Origin: Paramoeba atlantica
Taxonomy: Eukaryota > Protista > Discosea
Length of the DNA stretch: 64,000 nucleotides
NCBI GenBank assembly: GCA_977017575.1
Contig: CDRNVI010000149.1
Coordinates: forward strand, 1 to 64,000
Reading direction: 5' to 3'
The translations under genes and the position numbers were made by a program. Every line of letters starts with the position of its first letter. The stretch's first letter is position 1. Below are positions 23,566 through 35,700 of the stretch, one piece after another. The notes under the pieces are model-generated. The model had not been told where the DNA came from, did no database searches, and worked only from the letters and a program-made list of their open reading frames with translations.

Positions 23566-26500
23566 TTTTTTTTTAAAGGTTCAAACACCAGGTGCCATTT
23601 ATTAGAGTTAAAAAACCATCTCTAGGATGGAAAAGAGGGGGGAAGAAAGGGGGGGGGGGAGGGAAGATAAATTAAGAGTTAGATCCAAAGATCTCTTCAG
23701 CATGGGATGCATTGAAGTTTCTTTACCAACTTTAGTTCTCACTAAGGGGTCTGTGTTTGATTGTTTGCCTTCTAAAACCAGGGAGTGAATTCGGTTTGGA
23801 GGTTTCTATGAAGTTAATTACATTCCTTCGAAAATCTTCCTTGATAAAGCTCCTCACCAGATTGCTCTCTTGGGACTGATGGAACCATCCTTGGATATCT
23901 TTAGTAATTATTACAGGGAGAATTAGAGCATTCTCAAGAGCAGTTTGGGCCGGAAACAAAACATGGGGGGTTGTCACTGTGTTTCCTTGGAATTTCCTTA
24001 CAAAATTCCCTGGGGGGATGGGGAAAGTCCAGTCACAGGTGAGGGGGGAATTGATCCAGTTCCACAGGGTTGAATTCAAAATAATCCACTCTTCACTGGT
24101 TTCTGCAACATGTTGTGATCTTGGATCCCAATGATGGTCATTCACAGCACATGTTCCATCTTCTTTAGACCAACTTGCAGCAGTTGCAATTGCATCAGCT
24201 CGCTTGTTAAGTTCTCGGGGTACATGGATGAATTCTATTTTGTCAAAGCACATTGCTAACTTATGGATTTCACAAAGTAGTTCATTCAAGGCATAGTTTT
24301 TGATGGCATGGGTTTTGGGTGCAGCCTTGGTGAGAATCATACAATCCCTGACAACTTCAATCTCATTTGTCATTGATCTGGCACATTGCATTTCTTTCAA
24401 ACAGCCTGTAAATTCACCAATATTGTTAGACCCAAGAGGGATGGTTTCAAACCCACCACAAATCTCTTTCCCTTCCCTGAAAACTGCAAAGCCCGCACCC
24501 CCCAGATGAGGGTCTGTACAGCCTGAACCGTCATAAAACACTTGAAAGCCTTTAAATTTAAAACTTTCCTTCTCTTTGGTTCCTTTCTTTGTTTGGGTTC
24601 TTGGGGGCTGAGGGAGGATTTTGTTCTTTCTCAAGATTTTTTCGAAAATTTCAGTAGCATACTGGGGTGATTTCGATCCTTCTGCACACACTGTGAGCCA
24701 CAAACTCAACAGGGCAACACTCACCACAGAGGTTTCTTGTCTGGTGAGAAAATTTGAGACAAGGCCACACACATTCTTAGTTTCTTGCCAGCTGGGTACA
24801 TTCAACAAAATACATTTCCTTTCCATTGCTTGGAGGAGGCCCTCAGCCACAGAACATTCCTCCAGAAGATGAGATCATGATTCCTTTTCATGGTGGCAGA
24901 GTTGGCAACTTGAGTTTTGGTTTGTGAAGTGAGCCAACTTGTCTCTTGTAGGCAGCCCTCTTATTAGGAACTTAATCAAATTCCTCTTAAGTTGGGGCCT
25001 AATTGCATGTGCCAAGTTGTACACCACACACTCAGCTCTTCCTTCACCCACATACAGATCTTTGATTTCAATGGGGATCACTCAAGACATATTGGAATAA
25101 GCAACTCGAGTGGCCTGACCAAACACAACTTTGGCAGAGAGGCTTTGGGCTGCAAAAAGGGCATCCTTTCGCATGGCTCCAATGGAAAGAGGACTCTGAT
25201 AATTGCTCCTCATTGGTGGACAAGAAGTGAGAAGGGCCCAGTTAAAAACAATTGGATGGTGCAGTTGGGGGTTTGAGTCCAAGGGAGGATAGCATGAGGT
25301 AAGAATGGAGGTTTTTGTGTTGGCATAGGCACCCAGAGCTGAGTGGATGGACTTCCACATCAAGGAGGTGACAGATTTTGGAATCAGTTTGAATCTTGCT
25401 AAATATCCCATGCATGGAGTTAGATAGATATTGACCATCCTTACTCTCGAGCAAAAATTGCCACCCCTTTTTTTGATTGCTGCTCCAACTTTCTTCATCT
25501 TTAGGATCACTTTCTCCCAATCCTTAAGAGGAGATAACCGTTTACTCAACCTCACTCCCAAATATACAGTTTCATCACCACAGTAATTGGATCTTGCCAT
25601 CTCAGCCCAGGGGCCTACAGGTTTGAAAGACTCAGTTGAGAGGACAAAGCACTTATTAAAATTCAGTTTAGCTCCAGTCACTTCTTCATATTTCTTGAAG
25701 GTTGGAGTGAGAGAATTGATGGTTTCAGCTTTCTGAATCACCATCCCCAAGTCATCCATAAAGCCTGATAGGTTTTGGGGGTTGTATTCCTTCTTCAAGC
25801 TCACCAGGAGGATGTCAAACACAATTACAAACAGAAGGGGGGAGATCGGGCATCCTTGTCTGACACCAGTTCGACTTTGGATTGATTCATTGTTGCCTCC
25901 CCTCTTGGATCCACCAATATTCGGCAGCCAGGTTACAGATTCTCGAAGCACCTTCTCAACAACATAGATCGCTTGAGGGGGGGCATTCAAACCTTTGAGA
26001 ATATGAAGAAGTGCATCATGATTCACATAATCATATGCTTTGCAAAAGTCTGTTTGGAGGAGGGTCATGTCTTTCCCTTCTACCAGAGCTTCATAGAAAG
26101 AGTCATACACTGATTCCACTGCTTTGTCAATTGACCTTCCCTTAAATATTGCATGCTGTTCTTTAGAAATTACTCCACTTGCAATCTCCATCAGCCATTT
26201 TGCCCAATATCTCATCACAATCCGATAATCTGAATTGGTAACACTGATTGGTCGAAATTGGTCAGGGCAGGGGATATTCTTGACTTTGGGAATCAAACAG
26301 AGTTGGCTCTCACCAAAAGAGGGGGGGAACTCCATAATCTCACCTGCTTGTTGAATTAATTCCACCCACATGTCAAAATACTTTTCTTGTGTCGCCTTAT
26401 ATAAAGAGAAAGGGATACCATCGGGTCCTGCACTGGTGTTATTGGTTCTCTGAAGAAGTTTATCAACTTTCTTCCTGTCAACATCATGTCTCTCAACTGG

Positions 26501-27710
26501 GGGAAAGCGAGGATGATGGTCAGCAATCAGTTTGTTGAGAGAATCCTTGTTATATGGTCTTTCTGTACTGAGAAGGCTCTCCCAAAAGTCCTTAATTGCT
26601 TTTTTTACCACATTATCATCACGAGAGATCACTCCATCTACAATTACACCTTTAACACGGGGAGAAGATTTACAACCAGGGCGTGAGGGGTGTTCATCCA
26701 CAAAAATTCCGAGTTGTTGTTTGAGAACTGCAGTTCGATCCATCCCAGCTTTGATCATTCTAGGAATAGCTTTGATTCTCCATTTCTTGTCATCTCGAGA
26801 GCCATTCCATCCTATCGCAGCTGTATGAAGAAGTTCGAGTTCCAATGAAGAGAAAGAGTGTATGGCTGAAGTTTTCCTTAAAATCCTGGTTTTTGCAAGG
26901 TGTTTGATGATTGTCTGGAGTTTCCATAGTTCTTTGAAAAGGTGAGCTTCTTTCCCTTTGTCTTTCCAAAGAGGGACTAATTCCCACACCTTCTCCTTGA
27001 GTTTAGTAAGACAACTGACAGGATCACCTTCCACATAGTCCCCAACTTCATTAATGAGGGCATTAATAAATTTAGGATCTTTAATGAGGTATTCAGGGAT
27101 TCTCTTCTTGTTAGATTTCAACTCCCATTCTTTGATACTAGTTCCACCTACGATCATCGCATGGTCCTTAAAGCCTGAAAGGATCACATTAACAAAAATC
27201 CTTTCACTAGAAGTGTTTGAGGGAATAAAGACATGGTCGATACATTGTCCTTGGAAATGGGTTGGTTCTGACCACCCCAGTCTTGATAGATTCCAAGATT
27301 CAGAGGATTCTGCAAGCTCTTTAAAAGGGGGTTCGTTAAGATCCCAGTTGAAGTCACCTCCCAGAACATTCAGTCCATCTTTGGAGAAGAACTTTCCGAT
27401 TTGGTCTTGCATAAAGGGAAGTTTCAAATTGCAATGATGGTAGACATTCATCACAGCATATTCAGTATTGAAAATCTTGGTTTTCAGTCCAAACAAACCA
27501 CTCTCAGAGCTTTCAATTGGGTATGGTTCTATATCATGAAGACCTTCCATTCTTCTGACTCCAATGGCAAGGCCCCACTTCCGTTTCAAGAAGGGGTCTT
27601 TGAACCACAAATATTTCCTCAAACAATTCTTGAGATGATCGAGATCTTTTTCAGATGTGGCATGGGTTTCTTGAAGCAAAATAAACAGAGGACGGCAACT
27701 TGCAGCCATT
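23566..27710 (-). mobile_element. Young 5'-truncated L1-like LINE with poly(A) and perfect TSD
   Basis: T-run at ~23565-23574; TSD aagccttctttatagtct at 23548-23565 and 27711-27728; starts inside the APE domain, lacking the SWNING motif seen in the 16381 copy; retains many CpGs. Confidence 0.95.
23732..27709 (-). pseudogene. L1 ORF2 (APE endonuclease-RT-CCHC-RNase H-C-terminal extension); one frame of 1326 codons broken by two TGA stops
   Basis: ORFs 25082..27709, 24875..25081 and 23732..24850 share one frame; motifs QETH, GGDFN, IDHVF, AGPDG, QTDFCKAYD, GVRQGCPISP, FMDD, CQLC..ES*SHLLEEC, YDGS..NNIGEF..DC..NKRADAIA; TGA at 25082-25084 and 24875-24877. Confidence 0.95.
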
Positions 27711-28971
27711 AAGCCTTCTTTATAGTCTAAAGTTTGAGGATCATTTTGTTTGTCTTAACAATTTCATCAAAAATTTTAATAATAAAGCTTGAGAACTTAG
27801 ATTCTTCTGCACATACAATAATCCATAAGTTCAATAGAGTTATACTCACTGCAGATGCTTTAGCCTTTTTTAAATATTAGTTTGTGAATTCACACACAAA
27901 GTTAGCACTCTTCCACCTAGGAATCTTTAAAACAAAGCATTTCTTTTTAATAGTTTTCAAAATCATCTTAGCTTTCAAACATTCTTTGAGAAGGTGCATC
28001 TTTGACTTTTTGGCTTTTCTACACAGTTGACAAAGTAAACTCACAAATGTGAAATGGACAATCTTATCCACAGTTGGGAGGCCCCTCAAGAAGAACTTCA
28101 GAAGATTTTGCTTAATCTGGAGTTTTTGTGGAAGAGATAAATTATAGATCATACATTTCAAGCACCCATCCTTCACATAGAAATTCTTTACTCTTACAAA
28201 AATGTTTCAAAATAGAAGAAAGAAAGATTTCTTAATTTTGGAGCTCATCTTTACTTGTTCTAAGATAACCCTATTAGCTTCTAAAGCATCAATCTTTATA
28301 GCTTCAATAAATAATGGATTCTTATAATGATCTTGGAGAGGCTTTCTTGATACTAGTAGAGCCCAGTTAAACAAAATAGAATGTTTAACTTGGGGTTTTT
28401 CAAAGAACAAGAGACAAAAAGAAGTCATTACATAGGACTTTAGATTTGCATATGCACCTAAGGCTGAATGAATGGCTTTCCACATCTTTGAGGAGATAGC
28501 TTTTGAAATAAGCTTAAATCTTGTTAAATAATCTATACAAGGAATAAAGTAAGTATTAATCATCTAAACTTTTTCATTGAAGCTGCCTTTCTTTTGCTTA
28601 ATTGCTGTTCCAACCTTTTGTATTTTCTTGATCATCTCTTCTCAATCCTTAATTGGGTTCATTCTTCAAGAAATTATAATTTCCAAGTATACAATCTTCT
28701 CTTTCAAATAATTAGCCAAAGGCATTTCAATCCAAGGGTTTTTTTCAGTTAATAATACAAAACATTTATTATAGTTGAGTTTAGCTTTAGTTCTTTGTTC
28801 ATATTCTTGGAAGATTAAGGTTAAAGAATTTATGGATTGGACCCTGTGAAGGAAAAGGATTAAGTTATCTATAAACCCAATAAGCTTCTTAAAATCATTT
28901 CCATTGTTCAAACTAACCAACAAAACATCAAAAAGGATAATAATATTAATATTAATATTAATATTCTTTGT

Positions 28972-29083
28972 TTTTTAGTAGACAGGGCAAAAAATAACCT
29001 GTTCTGTTTTTCACATTCAAATGAATAGGAAGAAAAAATAATATTTTTAATATTTTCCTCTTTGAGATTTGAACCTGCAACCT
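28972..29083 (-). mobile_element. SINE family 1, internal fragment
   Basis: Matches ~2190-2300, including the B-box. Confidence 0.75.
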
Positions 29084-29638
29084 TCAATCATTACAATATG
29101 ATCTTTAAAACCAAATAAGATTCCATTTATAAACAAATAATCTTCAGGAGCCTTCAAGAAAAGGAAAATATAATCAATACACTGCCCTTGAAAATGGATG
29201 GGTTTTGACTAGTTGAGGTAAGACAAATTCATATCAGAAAGGTGTTCAATTAATTTCTAGCAATTGGTTTTGTTTAAATCTCAATTGAGATTCCTAACCA
29301 AAATATTTTTGTTTTAGGAGAAAAATCAGGAAGATTCTTCCATTAGGTGTTCCAGTTTCAAACCAAGGTGGTGATAAACATTAAAGACTAAGAATTTTTG
29401 ATTTTGGATGAAAACTTTTAATCCAAATGATTTACCTTCATTTTTCTCAAAAAAGAAGAGAATGAAATCTTTCAATCCTTTCACATGTCTAATTTCAATC
29501 ATAAGACTACATTTCCTCTCTGAGAAGGAATTACAAAACCAAATGTACTTCCTCAAGTAGTTCTTAAGATGATTAAAATCATTTTCAGATGTTGCATAGG
29601 TTTCCTGGAGGAAGATGTATCGAGGCCAAGAGTTAACT

Positions 29639-30081
29639 GTTTTTTTTTTTTTTTTTTTTTTTTTTTCTTTTTGAAGCAAACTTTATTCAATTAGTAGTTC
29701 TTAATCTAAACCATTTAAATTACATTAAATTATATTTGTTTTTAATCTTTAATGAGAGGTAAAGTTTTTAAACTTTAACTTAGTTTAGTTAGTCTTTATA
29801 CTGAACTTTAGAACTTCTACAAGTTCAGGCTGGAGAATGTACATCAAAAGAGAGAATAATTCAAAACTCTTTTCAAAGGAATTTATTTTCAACTTTTTAG
29901 CAAATAAGGCTGAAATGTAATCTGTTTTGATTTTCACACTTTTTCAAAAGCTTTTCACTTCAATCAAATCATTTTACAGCACCAAAAAAATTTTCTAAAA
30001 TATTGAAAAACTGGGATTTGAACTTGCCCCCCCAAGGTTGAATATAGTTGAATTTATAACTAAACTACAGACACTAACCCT
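29639..30081 (-). mobile_element. tRNA-derived SINE family 2
   Basis: Matches 1266-1693; long T-run; TSD caagagttaact / caagagctagct. Confidence 0.85.
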
Positions 30082-30220
30082 CAAGAGCTAGCTATTATTT
30101 TCTTACAGATCTTGAGTTTTTTTTCATTTTAAAGTTTATTTATGTTCCAGGAGAGGACTTTCAAGTTAAGGAAATAAAAAAATATTGAATTTAGGATAAA
30201 TTGGAAGGATTGAATTCCAG

Positions 30221-31077
30221 CACATAAGGGTGGGCTCAAGCTGCACTTGCAGTCAAGGCAATTTGTGGATTTGAATTGAACTGTTGGAGAGGTTTCAATA
30301 CCCTGAAAGTTAGCTAATGTTATTGCTCACCTCAGCTCACAAACAGCCTCAACTTGACTTTCTTCCATTGTTCAAACTTTTGACCATTGAAAAAAAACCA
30401 AAAAAAACATTAATTGTTGAAAAAATAACTTTGATGGTTGAAAAAAAACAACAAAAATTTTAACCATTGAAAAAATAATTTCAACAGTCAAAAAAAAACA
30501 AAAAAAAAATTGATTGTTGAAAAAAAAGTGCTTTTTTTTTGCATTTTTTTTTTAACTACCAAAAAACAAAGCTATCACCAGTTTTTTGTTTTGTTTTTTC
30601 TCTCCAAAACTGAAAGAAAGGTTGAAAAGAGTGTTTGAGAGTGAGTTTTGAGGTGTTTTTTGAAGAAAAAAAAAATTTATTTCTCTTTTTACTTTTTTAT
30701 CATTAAATGAATTTACAATAAGAAATTTCTTTTTATTTGAATTAATCAACAAAACAAGTTCTTTTTTTTCCTTCCACAATATCATCATCTTCAACTTCAA
30801 TATACAACCTTTTCTTTCAAATCAAACAATTCAATCATCAAAAGAATAACAAATACACACTTTTTTTCTTTTTTCTTTTTCTTTTTTATTCTATTTTTTC
30901 AACTTTCACCATTCTCATTCAACCAAAAAATAAACAAATCAAAAGAGAGACCATAAAAGTGAACATATGGATATAATATCAGATTTTTTTTTTGAAGGCT
31001 CAAAAGAAATATCTGAAGTTACTTTAACCCTAAAAAATATCATGATTGTAAGTGCAGCTTGAGCTCACCTCTATGTG
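30221..31077. mobile_element. Non-autonomous TIR element X (CACAT...ATGTG ends)
   Basis: ~40-bp imperfect TIRs: cacataagggtgggctcaagctgcacttgcagtca vs the reverse complement of 31036-31077; splits otherwise continuous L1 sequence. Confidence 0.8.
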
Positions 31078-31357
31078 AGAGGAGATTTGGAAATCACAAA
31101 GTCTTTCTTGGGGGAAAAGAGAGTTGAGGGGGGTGAGAGGAGTGGAAAGTTGAGAAATTAGTTGGAACTTGTTGATAACTGTTGAAGAAAGGGGTTGAAG
31201 TTGAGCATCAAATCTCAGGGAGGAGAATTGAAAGAGCTCATATTTTCTAATATTATTTTGATTATTTTTTTTTCCTTTTTTTTTCCTTTTATTTACCATC
31301 TTCTGTTCTATTTTTTAGTATTTCTTTCCTTTTTTTTAATTAACTTCCAACTTAGAA

Positions 31358-31780
31358 GGGTTGGCACCTGTAGTTTAGTTATAAATTTGACTATGTTCCA
31401 CCCTAGGGGGGTGAGTTCAAATCCCAGTTTTTTGATATAAAAGAAAATTTTTCTGGTGCTATAAAGTGATTTGATTGGAGTGAGGAGTTTTTGAAGAAGT
31501 ATGAAAATTGGAACAGATTACATCTCAGCCCTGTTTGTTAAAAAGTTGAGGATAAATTCTCTTGAAAGGAGCTTTGGATTATTCTTTCTTCTGATGTGCA
31601 TTCTCTAGCTTGAATTTACAGAAGTTCTAAAGTTCAACATAAAAACCAACTGAACTAAGCTAAAGTTTAAAACTTCATCTCTTGTTAAAAGTTAAAAACA
31701 AACATAATTTAATGTAATTCAAATGGTTTAGATTAAGAACTACTAATTGAATAAAGTTTGCTTTAAAAAGAAAAAAAAAA
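31358..31780 (+). mobile_element. tRNA-derived SINE family 2
   Basis: TAGTTTAG A-box-like motif, GAGTTCAAATCCC B-box, poly(A); TSD aacttccaacttagaa / aacttttaatttagaa. Confidence 0.85.
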
Positions 31781-32219
31781 AACTTTTAATTTAGAACTTT
31801 CTTTTAACTTTTTTTCTTTTTTTCTAATTTTTTTTTTTTTTTTCTTTAAACTTTTCTTCTTTTTCTTTTAAACAATAGAGAAGCTTCCTTGAAGGTCATT
31901 TGAAGATAATTTTGAATTTCCATCAAGATTAGTATTTTAAAGATAAGAGGGAAAGAGGGAATTAACAATTTTTTAACTATTGTTAGAATGAAAATCAAAT
32001 GAAAAAGATGAAAATTCATGTTTATTTGAATTACTAAAAGAGATAGTGTTTTTCTGGTTTTATAGACTAATGGTGATGTTCTTTTTCTTGATTACTTTTT
32101 TGGCTTGTGATCTAGGGACTCTATAGAAAACACCTTCAGAGGAGAGGAACACTTTGGACACCAGTGGAGGAAAGAGGGAAAGAAACATTAGTAGAGGAAG
32201 AAGGGGAAGGGACATCTCT

Positions 32220-32541
32220 TTTTTTTTTTTAATATTGGACTTTATTAGATGATGGTCTAACCCAAAGCCACTAATTTTTTAAGGTTAAAAATAACAAGGA
32301 TAGAATTTCACTTCTTTAAGTTCAAATGGTTTAAAGACCTTTAATTCACTCAAACTCCTTCTTAAGGAATTTATTCTCTGCTTTTTAGCAGACAGAACAA
32401 AGAATAATCTATTCTGTAATTCACATTCAAGTGAGTAGGAAGAGAAAATAATGTTTTAATATTTTCCTTTTTGGGATTTGAACCTACAACCTTGAATTGA
32501 AGCAATAGTTATTTTACCAACTAAGTTATTATGCTACAATT
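32220..32541 (-). mobile_element. tRNA-derived SINE family 1
   Basis: Full-length match to 2031-2350; TSD gggaagggacatctct / gggaaaggacacctct. Confidence 0.85.
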
Positions 32542-32719
32542 GGGAAAGGACACCTCTAGAATTTCTCACTTTATTACTTTTTTCCTTCTTTGCAAGAATG
32601 GTTTTGAAAATTATGTTTGATTTTTTAACTTCCAATATTTTGTTTATGTTGCCTTTCAATTTCTTTTTACTTTGCCTCACTTTCTTCCTATCTTTATTGA
32701 TTATTTTTCTTGTTTTTTC

Positions 32720-35700
32720 AGCTTACAATTTTATACTGGTGTGCATTGTTTTGAATTATATTTCTGGCAGCCATTTTTGACTTAGCATATGGTTTTTCAA
32801 TAAACACAGTTCTGATCACATCTATTTTTGTTTTTCTCCTTATGTTATAGAAGATTCATGTTATTTTTCTTGTTTCTTGGAGATTATTTTTGTATTTGTC
32901 AATGTCTTTTTTTGCCTGTTATGACACTCTGTTTTAACTTTGTTCTTTGTTTTGTCCAACTGTTCTTTTGATTTTATTTCTGTTTTATAGATTTTCTCTG
33001 CCTTTGATTTGCTTAAGATGATTTCTTGTTGATTTCCATGCTTCATTTTTGTTGGTGAATCAATTCAGTCCTCTTGCTCATTGTTTGTTTTGGTTATTTG
33101 TCTTTGGTTATACTTTTAGAACAACATATTGTTTGGAATTAACATTCTGAACAACTTCAGCTTACACAACACTGTTTCTTTGTATAATCTTAACTTGAGT
33201 TTTGTTTGTTAACATTTCTTAAAGCCTCTTCATGTTCCTCAATCTCTTCTTTGTGTTGGATATTGTGATTGTTGGTTCTATTTGAAAATTTTTGTAATTC
33301 CTTCTGTTATTTCAATTGGTCTTTGTTGATGTTTGCCTCATGCTTACAAATTGCATTTTGATGATTATTTTATTGTTGATTTTGAGTTGAGCCCTAATCA
33401 AACTTTTTCTCTTGATTCAATGAATATTTGTGATCATTTGTATTGATTGAATGATGGTTGTGTAGTTTTAATACTCATTTCTATCTCATTTTGGATTCAT
33501 GGATTTGTATTTTCAGATTTTTGTTCTTCAACTGCCATTTCTGATTGTGAATTTGTGATTGTGGATTTGCTTGACTGGATTTATTCTTATGTTTGACAAT
33601 TTCTCATTTTGTTTTGTTTCCTCAAAGCTTGATTGAATTTTTCCCTCTGTCTTGATGATATTTTTAAAAATTCCTGATATTTTCAAAGTAATTCTAGATT
33701 GAATTTGTACTTTTTGAATCTGAATGTACTTTATTATTAATCTCTTTGGATTTTTCATCTTGTTATCTCAAATTCCCTGCCTGTGAATTTGAACTCTTAT
33801 TTCTAATTGAATTCATCCCTGTGTTGATTTTATTGAAGAAATAATTGATTCCATCTTCTTGTTTTTCTTGTAACAATATCATTTTGAATTTATCATTCTT
33901 GGATTGATGCCTCAGGATGATTCTTCTTGTTCTTTTGTTTTTGATTGATGATGGAAATTCTCCTGATTTCCTTTTTTGCTTTGAAATTGTTGAATTTATA
34001 CCTTCCTTTTACCTTTTGTGATTTTGATTCTAGACTTTATTTTCACTTGGATTCCTCTCTCAGATATTCCTACTTGAATTTTGAAATCCATTTTGGTGTT
34101 AAAAGGATATTCCATTAAAAAATTGTGTTTGTGTCATTTCAGATGTACCACCCCCAAAGCTGTTTTGATTTTGGTTACTGCACTTTCCCTCAAGTTATAA
34201 CCTTTCTAATTTGATTTGTTTGTTTTGAAGTTGATTCAATTGCTGATGCTTCTCTTTTGTCCTCAATACTCTTTATTCTAAATTTCTTTTCTTTTTGAAA
34301 AACCTCAATTTGCTTTTCCTTCTATCATAGTCTCATGTTTTTGTTTATTCTTTGGTAATGATGCTGATTCTTGAATTTGATTTGTAATGGTTTTATTTTC
34401 AGCAAGTTCCATTGAGCATCTTGCACCATTTACACCCTATTCTAATTATTGGTTGATTTATTGGAATTAAGTTTTTTCTTGGTTTTTGATAAGTTGATTT
34501 TGAATTTCCTCTATTGATTCAGTTTTGTGATTTGATGGTTAATACTTTCTCTTGTTTTGAAATGCCTTTATTGTGATGAAATCAAAATATCAAATTGAAA
34601 GGGAGTGTTTGTGTGACTTGTAACTAATTTCTTGGCTTCACCTAAAATATTTTGGTATTATTCGATTTCCTTTGTTATTCCCCATAGTTTATTCTTATCA
34701 AATTATTGTTGTGCAATTTAATCTTTTGATCTGGTTTTCACTTTTCAATTCTCTTTTGTTTTATGGTTGATTGTGAATATTGTTTCTTCTTCCTCTGTTT
34801 CAATGTTATTATCATTTTTAAAGATTGTTATCCCATTTCTTTCTGTTTTGCCTGCAATTTGATAATTGCTTTTGTCTTTACAATCCCTTAAACAATGTCC
34901 TCCAACATTACTTTGCTTTTGAGACATCTGTTACCTTTGAAGGGAGTTCTCATGTCCCCTTTTTGTTCTTTTGTAACTCCATTGCCTCATTTTTGTTCTT
35001 TCAAGGGAGTTCTGAGTTTTATTTTCTCTAACTCTCTGAGTCTTTGTTTTTCTCACCCTTGCAATGGATTTTCACTGGCCTCATAACATTTTTTCTTTGA
35101 TGTTCTTCTTTCAGCTTGTGTTTTTCTCACCTCTCTTCTCAAATCTCAATGCAATTGTAACATTTGTTGGTTTGATCAACATTTATCTTTTGTGTAACAA
35201 CATATTTGTTTTTACATATATGATGTGTGATTTATCTTTGAAAATTCATTCCCTAAATTTTGAAAATGTGTACCTGAAATGCTTTGCCTCTGAACCATGT
35301 TTTCAACACTATTCTGAATGATCTTTTTTGTCTTTTTTGTTATTGTTGTGCTTCATTCCTGTTGCTCTCTGTCCAATGTCTTTCTTGCCCATTCCCAATC
35401 ATTTCTGAAGTTTGTAACACCTTGATAATTTCTGCTGAACTTTTGATTTCTTTGTTTTTGTTGAAAACATTTTGATTTTCTACTCTCAATCTCACTGGTT
35501 CATCTTATGATGACTTGTTTTGCTTTTCTTTGAAAAATTCTTTTTTTCAACATCTTCAACACCTTCCTCTCTCAATGATGAGTAAATGTAGCATACCCAG
35601 AGGAACTATGCAATAGTAATTCCTGTTGAACACTTATCCTTTCTCCTTTCCAATTCTCACTCAATGATGAATGAACATAGCATTTCTGAGGATTCAATGC

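Larger units (their letters stand above)
22588..32720 (-). mobile_element. Old, heavily mutated, nearly full-length L1 carrying five nested insertions
   Basis: In minus-strand order: ORF1 tail (32720-31800), ORF2 start (31340-31078 and 30220-30085), APE (29326..29679), RT FIDNL (28666..28923), CQLC...HLLKEC (27877..28176), RNase H remnant QVFYDS (23336..23527), T-run at 22588-22598. Confidence 0.8.

Noticed and set aside
10650-27712. Antisense ORFs over LINE coding regions (e.g. 10650..11075, 14727..14966, 26532..26828, 27054..27437)
   Set aside because: These are shadow frames opposite recognisable LINE ORFs, with no independent motifs.
34745-34927. Gag-type zinc knuckle (GHCLRDC) in the unknown element
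   Set aside because: The upstream cysteines are not in frame or at canonical spacing in either copy.
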